Source: TPA_inf: Saccharomyces (lineage: Eukaryota). Taken from it: a DNA stretch of 64,000 nt. Under the pieces are notes generated by a model. The model worked only from the letters and a program-made list of their open reading frames with translations. It made no database searches and was not told where the DNA came from. Positions 49,071 through 58,577 of this stretch are shown in pieces (positions within the stretch are counted from its first letter, which is position 1; each line of letters begins with the position of its first letter). The position numbers and the translations under genes were made by a program. The stretch lies in contig BK006938.2 of the NCBI GenBank assembly GCA_000146045.2, forward strand, positions 672,001 to 736,000, in the 5' to 3' direction.

Positions 49071-49481
49071 TTACAACAATAAAGCGGCAGCACCAGCCAA
49101 CAAAGCACCGGCAGCTGGCAAAGCCTTAACAGCGGCACCAGTGTAGGAGGTAACAGTTTGAGTGCTAGAACCTTGTTGGGTTGGCTTTTCAGTTGGCTTT
49201 TCGGTTGGCTTTTCAGTTGGAGCTGGAGAAGTGGTATTCTTTGGTGCTTCAGTGGTTGGCAATGGACACCAGGTGGTGTATTAAGTGATAACGTCATTTA
49301 CGGTGACGGTAGCAGTGGAAACCAAAGCTGGGGAAACTGTTTCAGAACAAACGTGGTCCTCACAAGAAGTGATAGTGACCAAAGTGGTAGATTCTTCTGT
49401 GACAGTAGCAGTGGTAATGTTAGAAGCGGCGGAGGCAACAGCGGCAATAGCAGCGATAGAAGCGACGGTAGAGAATTGCAT
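49071..49481 (-). pseudogene. YDR134C (CCW22), a CCW12-like GPI-anchored cell-wall mannoprotein gene interrupted by one in-frame TAA
   Basis: The N-terminus MQFSTVASIAAIAAVASA is a signal peptide like that of Ccw12. The Thr/Ser-rich body contains a PTEKPTEKPTEK repeat. The C-terminus GAAVKALPAAGALLAGAAALLL is a GPI omega site plus hydrophobic tail. The two listed ORFs (49281..49481 and 49071..49262) are in the same frame, separated by a TAA at 49280..49278. Confidence 0.8.
49181..49216 (-). repeat. Three tandem 12-bp repeats (TTGGCTTTTCAG/GG) encoding (PTEK)3 within YDR134C
   Basis: Direct inspection shows three consecutive 12-mers with a single A/G difference. Confidence 0.8.
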
Positions 49482-51003
49482 TTTTAATTTGTAGTTATTT
49501 TGAAGCGAACGAAAGAAGATGTTTGTTATCCTTGGTTTTTTATTCTATGAAAAAATTTTAAAAAAGAGAGTCTAGCAGAGAGAAGTCGATGAAGAACAAC
49601 CACGATCCAGCAACGGTTTATATACTTCGAGAGATGACTAAACCATCCTATATGTTGTGGAAAGTGTACACAAAAAAATTGCAAAAAAAATAGTTAGAAA
49701 AAGAAAAGTGAGATAAGTACAAGGAAAAAAAAATAACAAACACCAGAAAAATTCCTGCGCGGTTTCTGTGAAGGGGCCGTTGATTCACCCTCTGCACTGG
49801 TCCCTGAAAGGGACTACCGACCATACGCGTAGCCCCTTTTCTCACTGGAAACCATCCGAACGCCGATGGAACACGCGTCTAAAAGTGAGCACGGACCGGA
49901 CTCGCGGATTTAAAAGGGCTTCCCCACTGCAGCGTGTCCTGCAGCTCAAACCCAGCCATCAATTCGAAATAGGAAAACTCCTTCCTTTTTGAGCGATCGT
50001 GTTGTAGCAGCACTTCAAAACGGATGACTTTCTCCGCACTGAAACGCATGGGCAGTCCGGCAAGAGAAAACACCGCGTCGAAGCACGGTTATTCATGTTG
50101 GAGCAGTTCGCACCATGCTATTGTTTTGAAATGGCTGCCAAAAATATTCATGTTGCACGTTTCAATGCTTGACAGAAAGGCAATATGGCGGAGAACCAGT
50201 GTGAGTTGACCCCAACAAATGAAAAAAAAAAATATAATAAAAATAAAAATAAAAAAACAAACAAAAAGTAAGTCTCCTTCAAGGACAACTGAATAGGAAG
50301 TTTGAGCCGGTTTCCTATGCCTATAGCCTTGGATGAGTGAGGAGAAAACGTGCAGTTAATAAAATTAGCATACTTTAGGTTTTAGGATGAAACTTTTTCT
50401 CCCACAATCCTTATTTGTTATGACACCAGAGTGCCTAATTCAATCGAAAAACAGATAAGGGGAATTTCTGGAATTAGGGTGACAGAATGAGCTACGTAAA
50501 ATTAACGGCAATGCGAAGGGCATCTTCATATTATTTTTCTCACCTTGCTGCTATTCTAATTGCATTTCCGTTATTAAGGTTTGCCCCTTCTCCGAAGGTA
50601 AGCTGCGGAATTTCCTGATAAGTGCATTACCCCGCATAAGGTTCCCCTTACGATACCAGAAAAGGAATCAGTGTCGATCGTATTTTCGGCATGTGGATTA
50701 TCCTTGCACCTGTTCTCCGGAGAAATGTTGGTTTTTTTCTGTAAGGGGTATGTGGTGAGGAGGTAAGCCATTATCATCGTTGCCTTCATTATATCTTTTT
50801 ATTGCTGGCCGATCTCTGATATTATGATGAATATTATGAAAAGTGTTCCTTTTTTCTTGCCTAAGTGACGTGACGTCTCCTTTCTAGGCAAGCTATGCAG
50901 CCAGTATCTCGTTGAAAATTAAAGTACTTTTCTTATTTACTTATTTATTTTATCCATCCTACGTACCAGATTGTGCGGGACAGGTTTTTATTAGTTTCAC
51001 AGT

Positions 51004-54000
51004 TTAATTTTCATTGACCAAACCAGCCTCCATGCACAGTGAATAGAACAATGATTTGTTATCACTTAATAACTGGCCCGGAGAGTCAAACTCGGCTACT
51101 TTACCATTGTCCAACACTATGATTCTATCACTGTCCATTATCGTGTTCAGTCTATGCGCGATGGTCAAGATAGTTCTGTCCTTGAAAGCAGTACGAATCG
51201 TCTCTTGGACGACTTTATCTGTCTCCACGTCGACTGCGGCCGTGGCTTCATCAAGCACCAAAATCTTTGATGGAACCAACATTGCTCTTGCAAGACATAA
51301 TAATTGTCTTTGTCCAACACTTAAGTTGCCACCACCTTCGGTTAGTTGGGCATCTAATCCGTCATTGCTCATTGATAGCACGTGTTCTTTCAAATGAGAA
51401 AGTTCCAATGCCCTCCAAATAGCTTCATCAGTGTATTGGTTAATGGGATCAATGTTCTCACGAACAGTGCCCTCAAAAACTTGAGAATCCTGAGGTATGA
51501 TTGACAATTTATGTCTCAAATCATATAACCCAATCTCGTTGATGGCAATGTTGTCGATTACGATGTTTCCCTCGCTAGCCTCAATCATCCTGAATAATGC
51601 TAGCGTTAATGAGGATTTTCCCGCACCCGTTCTACCCACGATACCAACTTTTTCATTTGGTTTAATGTGTATATTAATGTGCTTCAGAACAAGATCAAGC
51701 TCCGGCCTATAACGAGTGGAATAATTATTAAACTTTATATCACCCTGGCTCGGCCATTCTTTGGGTGGTCTGTGGCCTTCAACTATTAAAGGTGCCTCGC
51801 TCTTCAAATCAGCATATTCCTTTATTCTTTCCACTGAAACAATATTCGTTTCAACTTCCACAGTCATTCTAACAATCCAATTTAACGTTTGAGTGATTTG
51901 TAAAGCATAGCTTAATGATAAACCCACCATACCTGCCGTTAATGTGCCTTGTTTTAGTCTAAAAACGGATAAAGTTGCAGCACCTAGAATGATAATTGAA
52001 CCAATAAGTTCCAACCTATATGCTAGCCAACGGTTAGCATTGATAGAGGGATAGAACGCACTCATGTTATTATCAATGCGGCATTGATTAATGTGGGAAA
52101 ACCTTTTCTGTTGAGAATAACCTCTAACCGTTGCAAGGCCACCCAAAGTCTCTTGGAAATGAGAGTAGATTGGAGACCTAGTAATAGAGTCTAAACGACG
52201 CAACTCCCTTGATGTTCTCAGGTAATACTGCTGGTAGTAGATGTAAAACACACTTAGTGGAATGATAATGAAGATAAATTGCCATGTCGTCGCACAGATA
52301 ACCGTAATAGTGAATGTGACTTTCACTGCATTGACGAAAAACTGAGAAAATGTTCTTCCTAATAAAGCATCCACTTTGTATATGTCATTTGAGAATCTGT
52401 TTAGAATTCTACCGATTGGTGTTGTTTCAAAAAACGTCATTGGGGCTCTCAACACAGAGTTTGTCATCAAGTTGTGTAAATATTTGGAGGCATGAATGGT
52501 ACAAAAAACCCAGAGAACGATTGTCTGGATTAATGTTGCCAGTGCTGAACCAATACCAAGTGCAAAATAAATGGCCAAGTAACGCGCGGCATTTGGATTA
52601 GATCCATAGCGGCTATTAACTTCAGACCAATGTTTCAACCAAACGTTACCCATAACAGAGAGGAACATCGATATAACAATAAACAATATGAATACACAAA
52701 CGCTTTTCGGGTTGCAAGCTTTAGCGTACTCTAGGTAAATGTTCCACTTTACTTTTCCCTGTTCACGATGCTCTCTTTTAGCAATATTTTCATCGTCACC
52801 AAAATCGATGCTTCCCAAAGTTGCATCACTGGCCCTCCTTAAACTTATGGCGTCAGAGTTGCCAAAATCCAAATCATTTAATTTCTGCAGTTGTTCCAGC
52901 TCTCCTTCTACAGGTATACTACTTTCTCGAACTGAGCTTTCAGAGGAGTCACCGAATTCATTCGACTTACCGTTATTTTTTTTACCATAGTTGTTGAGCA
53001 ATTTCCATAATGGCGAATCAGCGTCCTTCGTAATCTCATCATATGTACCCTGCTGTGTGATTTCTCCATTATCTAATAATGCAATAGAATCTGCGATGGA
53101 TAACGCGCTCACCTTATTAGTGGCTAATACCTTCGTTTTTGTATGTAATAAACCATTTGGACCCAACACATGTTCGATCAAGTGCCTGGCAACGTGTTCA
53201 TCAACAGCTGCCAAAGGATCATCAAGTAAATAAGTGTCAGCTCTCGCATAAACTGCTCTTGCTAAAGACAAACGAGCTTTTTGTCCTCCAGATAAGGAGA
53301 TCCCTTTCTCGCCAACTAATGTCTTATCTCCATCCATCAAAATTGCAAGATCAATAGTTAACGCACAGGCCTTGATCGTTTTTTCGTAAAATTCCGCGTC
53401 GTATCTATGCCCAAATAAAATGTTTTCCTTTACAGTACCATTCATTATCCATGGAACTTGTGAAACATAAGCAACAGAACCATGAACGGTGGCGAAACCT
53501 TTAACCCTGAATAGATCACCTAACATGCATGACAATAGAGCTGTTTTACCACTGCCAACTTTACCAACAATACAGGTCAAATTTCCTTTTTTAGCTTGGA
53601 AATTAATATTCTTTAAGGCTACTTTGTATTCCGGTTTCCGTTGCCATAAAAAGGTAGCATCATCTCCAATGTTAATGGCTACATCGCCAATATTTTTTAC
53701 TTTTGGTAAACGCTGAACCGAATCTGGTTGTAGCTCTTCATTGGTAAAGAATGTAAATAATCTACCAATAGAAACAGAAGCTTCGATAAAAGAATTTAAA
53801 ACCATAGGAATAATCATTAGTGGGAATGAGAGCAGGTTGAACAGAGTCAAAGCAGGGAAAACTAAGTCAGTAGTCAATGCTCTATCCTCAGTATAAACAA
53901 ATACAGCAAAGGTACAACATGAAACAAGGAATGGTACTATATTGAACTGAAAACTTGTCACAGCCATATAACATCCTAGTTTTGTAAGATTTTTTAACTC

Positions 54001-55551
54001 TTTGTTATTTCTTACTTCTTCTAGCTTTTCCCTATAAGGCTTCTCCCATGCATATAACTTCAAAGATTTAATATTGTTTAGTATTTCACTTATAACACGG
54101 GTCCTTTCATCTTTGTACTTCATCTGGGATTTTTGCAACTTCTTTTGTATCCTCATCAAAAATGAGTTCAATGGCATCATAATAACTAGTATAATCACGC
54201 CAACCCACATGGAATTTCCCAACAACTTATACAGAGAATATAAGCAAATAATGATTTGAAAAGGCCCTGACCATATTAAATTTAGCCATTGTGTTAAATC
54301 TTGTAATTTTTGAACATCCACACTCATGAGATTGACAATGTCACCGGTAGAGGAAAGTCCAGAAGCCTCATTAGATAGCACTAAGGATTTTTGATATATT
54401 AAAGCCGTTAGGGCGCTCTTAATATACATGCCTGTGTTGAAGACATTCAGGAAATATTGATGCAGGACAGATGTCTGAGTAAAGCCCACCAGAAACATAG
54501 CAAACGCAATCAAAAACCCTCTTACAATGGGTAATTTTTGTGGGTGGTTATTTTCAAACCCTTGAAGAGAAGAATGGTCATCCTGTCTCTCACTGTTATA
54601 GTCTGTGACGAACTTGATTAAAATCCTTAGTAGTTGTGGTTGAGTAAATGCTAGAACATCATGAATTGCTTTAAAGAATGCGGCTAAAAGCATTTTAGAT
54701 CCAAAAGTTCTGCATATAGCCCATGATAATGAAGGATTTGATTTTTGCTTCAACTCATTTTCCCAGTTTTTCTCCAATTTTTGAGAGAGTTCTTCACTAC
54801 TAAAGTTCCTCGGTAATTTATATAAATCTGCTTCCACTAAGTATTTTTCATAGCCAGTTTTCATCAAACCTGACATCCAAGAGAAGGTAATCCTGGAAAA
54901 TATGTTTGCGCTATCGTATGGATTTGGTTTTCTTCTTGTTAAAGTTTGATGTATGTGTTGATGTGGCATTAGCGGCTTCTTTGGAAGAGCTTCAAGTAAC
55001 AGGATACTGGCACATGTTATTACTTGGAATAACGTTAGTATGAAACCCGTTTGTCCGGAATACCAAATGCCTTCGTAGGTGTGTCTAATTAGAATATTTA
55101 TTAGTTTAGCAAAATTACCGAATGTTTCAAAAAGCCAATAGAATAAAAGTACCGTATTGGCTACAACTGATCTATCGTATTCTATCCAGTGTAAGGCTAA
55201 AGCAACAAATAAAGATAACATTGTAGAAGCATATTGACTTACAATGGTAAAGTTTTCCGCTTCTTCTTTAGAAATATTTAAAGACGCAAGTGAAACAAAC
55301 GCTATCTCCAACAGAACTAGTGCCATCCTAGAGACAATAATCCAATTCCGCCTATATTTGATGCCAGAGTGTTTTTTCTTGCAAAGGTTAACTAAATCTC
55401 TGATACCGAAGGTTATCATGAAAATTGCTGATAGATTTAGGATCACACCGTCGATGAAGCATTGAGTAAAGTCACCGTAAAAGGATATAGGTCCAAACCC
55501 TTCAGGAGATCTACAGAGCTTGCAGGCCCATGAAACAAGATTACCAGCCAT
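51004..55551 (-). CDS. YCF1: Vacuolar glutathione S-conjugate ABC transporter Ycf1 (ABCC/MRP family), YDR135C, 1515 aa
   Basis: Two nucleotide-binding domains: Walker A GKVGSGKTA and GRTGAGKSS, ABC signatures LSGGQKARLSLARA and LSVGQRQLLCLARA. An N-terminal extra TMD0 and two six-helix TMDs. Confidence 0.95.
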   Translation of the reverse strand: MAGNLVSWACKLCRSPEGFGPISFYGDFTQCFIDGVILNLSAIFMITFGIRDLVNLCKKKHSGIKYRRNWIIVSRMALVLLEIAFVSLASLNISKEEAENFTIVSQYASTMLSLFVALALHWIEYDRSVVANTVLLFYWLFETFGNFAKLINILIRHTYEGIWYSGQTGFILTLFQVITCASILLLEALPKKPLMPHQHIHQTLTRRKPNPYDSANIFSRITFSWMSGLMKTGYEKYLVEADLYKLPRNFSSEELSQKLEKNWENELKQKSNPSLSWAICRTFGSKMLLAAFFKAIHDVLAFTQPQLLRILIKFVTDYNSERQDDHSSLQGFENNHPQKLPIVRGFLIAFAMFLVGFTQTSVLHQYFLNVFNTGMYIKSALTALIYQKSLVLSNEASGLSSTGDIVNLMSVDVQKLQDLTQWLNLIWSGPFQIIICLYSLYKLLGNSMWVGVIILVIMMPLNSFLMRIQKKLQKSQMKYKDERTRVISEILNNIKSLKLYAWEKPYREKLEEVRNNKELKNLTKLGCYMAVTSFQFNIVPFLVSCCTFAVFVYTEDRALTTDLVFPALTLFNLLSFPLMIIPMVLNSFIEASVSIGRLFTFFTNEELQPDSVQRLPKVKNIGDVAINIGDDATFLWQRKPEYKVALKNINFQAKKGNLTCIVGKVGSGKTALLSCMLGDLFRVKGFATVHGSVAYVSQVPWIMNGTVKENILFGHRYDAEFYEKTIKACALTIDLAILMDGDKTLVGEKGISLSGGQKARLSLARAVYARADTYLLDDPLAAVDEHVARHLIEHVLGPNGLLHTKTKVLATNKVSALSIADSIALLDNGEITQQGTYDEITKDADSPLWKLLNNYGKKNNGKSNEFGDSSESSVRESSIPVEGELEQLQKLNDLDFGNSDAISLRRASDATLGSIDFGDDENIAKREHREQGKVKWNIYLEYAKACNPKSVCVFILFIVISMFLSVMGNVWLKHWSEVNSRYGSNPNAARYLAIYFALGIGSALATLIQTIVLWVFCTIHASKYLHNLMTNSVLRAPMTFFETTPIGRILNRFSNDIYKVDALLGRTFSQFFVNAVKVTFTITVICATTWQFIFIIIPLSVFYIYYQQYYLRTSRELRRLDSITRSPIYSHFQETLGGLATVRGYSQQKRFSHINQCRIDNNMSAFYPSINANRWLAYRLELIGSIIILGAATLSVFRLKQGTLTAGMVGLSLSYALQITQTLNWIVRMTVEVETNIVSVERIKEYADLKSEAPLIVEGHRPPKEWPSQGDIKFNNYSTRYRPELDLVLKHINIHIKPNEKVGIVGRTGAGKSSLTLALFRMIEASEGNIVIDNIAINEIGLYDLRHKLSIIPQDSQVFEGTVRENIDPINQYTDEAIWRALELSHLKEHVLSMSNDGLDAQLTEGGGNLSVGQRQLLCLARAMLVPSKILVLDEATAAVDVETDKVVQETIRTAFKDRTILTIAHRLNTIMDSDRIIVLDNGKVAEFDSPGQLLSDNKSLFYSLCMEAGLVNEN

Positions 55552-55707
55552 TTTCTTGTTCTTTACGGTAGTACGATACCCCTAATTTATTCTCAAACTG
55601 TTAATTGAAAAATTGTAGGTTGTAAACCAGCTTCCACATAGCAGATGATCACAAGAGGTTATCGCACCTTTTATAGCAGCTGCTAACTTTTTTCATCAAT
55701 TTCGTAA

Positions 55708-55714
55708 TTACTAA
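55708..55714 (+). promoter_or_regulatory. Yap1 response element TTACTAA upstream of YCF1
   Basis: An exact TTA(C/G)TAA AP-1-like site lies about 160 bp upstream of the YCF1 ATG (55551). YCF1 is a known Yap1 target. Confidence 0.55.
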
Positions 55715-56258
55715 GCCGTAACCTTCCACCGCCCAAGCATCACACCAGGAGTTACATATTTTTGTATTATCATAAAGAAACACACGCCAAGATATCTACA
55801 GAAACCAGATGTTAGCATTAGATATATATATTCGTATTGATGCAGCATAACAAGCGTACTATGGATTGCAAAGTAATGTAGATTCCTGACCAGTAGATCT
55901 GCTCGCGCAAGAGAAACATTCATGAACTCTAACGACAATAACAGTAAATCCACCTCACGGAGAACGATAAAAGTCTTCATTTCTCCATGAGGTGGAAACG
56001 TTGTTTGAATATTAAACATAATACTTGAACTTCTTGTGTAATTTTTATTTTTTAATCGAAGTCTACTCCGAAGTCTCCTATAAAGCGTAAGGCGCGTCTC
56101 CAAAGTGCTATTTTTCAAGATCAATTCAGCTTCAAAGAAGCTTTGATACCTACGGGGCAATGCAAAGGCTGCCAGTCGAAACAAACAGCGAAAGCTAGCC
56201 CATAATTTCTTGAGCTGTTGATTTTGATTGTGATATTTTTCATACTTTAGAAGAAGAT

Positions 56259-58250
56259 ATGCGTGCGCACAGAATCGATACATTTCTCATAAGAGAAAAC
56301 ATCAAACTGGAGATCATACATGAATCGAATTCCTATTTTGGTGGAGAACATATATCAATTGCTTTCCGATTTAAGCACCTAGGCTCACAGCATGAATTGT
56401 TCAACTATAAAGAAAAGCTTCTCACTGTCGATAAAGCTGTTGAAGAGAAGTTGGAACAACAAGCGAAAGTGCAAGATGATGGTGAAGGCACGATGGAAAA
56501 TCAAACCTGGTCCCTAAAATCATTACTAGGTGCCTTCAAAAGAACAGGCGAACCTGAAGAGAGTGTGGATGTGGATAACATGAAAATGCTAAATGAGAGT
56601 AAGATGTTAAGAGAAAAAATACAGAAGCAAATGTATTTTCATCAACCTGTAACGTTAATATCCGGTTATGTTCAAATATCGGGGGTCTTTCAATACGATT
56701 CAGAGGTAATTTCAGAGTCAAAATTTAAACAAGATGAAGTAAAAATGGTAGGACTAGATATTGTACCTGGACATACGACAAATTCTGTTCTTGCATTGGA
56801 AGATGGAGAACATTTCAAAGGTAAAAGAAATTTAACCAACTACCTCAACTCAGATTATACAAATGTGACCAATGGTCTTCTTTTCTCAGAAAGCGGTTCT
56901 AGGGGAAGAACAGGTACCTATAACGAACGGACCTTAATGATATCAAACGATACCAGTATAAAAACATTACCTCTTCTTTTAATACCACAGACGCTTTTAT
57001 TTTCTGAAATTTCTTTAGAACCAGGTGAAGTAAGAACATTCTATTTTAAATCCACAAAGCTGCCAAAAGATATATGCCCAAGTTATTCATCGTCAAAAGT
57101 GGCATCAATAAATTACACGCTGGAGGTTGGTGCGGATGTACTTTCTGATGATAATATCGAGAAATTTTCAAATAGAGTCCCAATAACAATAGCACCATAT
57201 ATTAGTTCGAATGCCGAACAGTACACATCACGTCTGGATAAGCCTGCTATCATATTAAAGACAGGTAACATAAAGGAACTAAAGCCACGTTTGTTTACTC
57301 GAAAAGTTTCTACGGCTTCTGCTGTATCATTTGGTAGGAGAAAATCTTCTATAATTGACATTGATTCTCCATTAGAAGATAATGAATTTGTCAAGCGTGT
57401 CAAAAAAAACTTCATTGAACTGGTGGAATCTAACCAAAATGTGTCAAGAGATATAGACGAACTTATTGACTTGCAAATGGGGGTACAGTTCGGAAAGGAT
57501 GAGGATTCTTCGGATCCTGAACCCAACGACTCACACTTTTCGAACGAAATGGTGACGTCTGCAGAGTCTAGCCTGAGAAGCGATGCTGTAACTAAGAGGA
57601 GAAAAAGTTATTCGGTACGCGATAACATTTCTAACCTCGAGCAAAAGATGTGGAACGATTGTTCTCTCGTTAAGTCAGATGAGAATTCTAATCTTCTACC
57701 TCAGCTAATTAATTTACAGAACGCATATCAAATTAACAGAAATAATGAGACTATGGCAAAAGTATCCTTATCAGCACCTTTTTATAAGACAACTGATGAT
57801 ATAAATTTAGTCATTGAATTAGATCCGATAACGACGCCTTTACTTAAAGTGACTTCGTTGACTGTATCCTTAGAATCGTTTGAAATTATAAATCCAAAAT
57901 ATAAGACTGAAGGAAAAGGAATAGGGAGCAAACCAAAAGGAAACTCGGTGTATGAGAAACATTTTATTTGTTTCGATGAGTGCAAGTCCGTATCGGTGAA
58001 ATTACTTCCTCCAAGATCGCCTACAAACCAGATTACCGGACAATTCAAGACAGATGTTTTTCAACATAAGTGGATGATAGGACTAAAATTTGTAATAATT
58101 GCAAAGACAGAAAGTATCACTTTGGATCAATTTTATGAGGATAAAAAGGGCATCCTATTCCATTCAAAAGAGAATTTAGAAGGTGAAGAGTTTACATGTT
58201 ACGTTCCCATTCCAATACTGTGTACATCCGAAGATTTCATGGGATGGTAA
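56259..58250 (+). CDS. RGP1: Ric1-Rgp1 Ypt6 GEF subunit Rgp1 (YDR137W), 663 aa
   Basis: Length and synteny. No short motif recognised. Confidence 0.8.
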
Positions 58251-58577
58251 GCAATAAATGGGTGCAGTTTACTCGTATAATTGGTTTTGCATTTGAATCC
58301 AATCCAGTAAAGAGGATTTACTATACTCTCTTCATAAAGGGTATGTACAGATACATTTATAAGTTAGTTAACCGGCTTTATTGTCGTAATAGTCATCTCT
58401 TGATGTCATGGGTTGCTGTCCGTGCGATTTCAAGACTGCTCATTTCGCACGATGCATATTGCTTCTCTAATGACATTTTTCGTTAGAATGATCAGGTTTT
58501 TGCCATAGCTTGATCAGTAAATTAATAGATGATTTTAACAATTCAAGAGGCATTAAAACTTGGGCAAAGGAGTAATA

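Noticed and set aside
48962-49297. 111-aa minus-strand ORF (YDR133C) overlapping YDR134C in another frame
   Set aside because: It is an alternative-frame read of the Thr/Pro/Lys-rich repeat region and reads as a compositional artefact. The conserved frame is the CCW12-like one.
55711-56283. 190-aa minus-strand ORF (YDR136C/VPS61) between YCF1 and RGP1
   Set aside because: It overlaps the RGP1 start codon and the YCF1 promoter including the YRE. It has no domain signature and is probably not a protein-coding gene.
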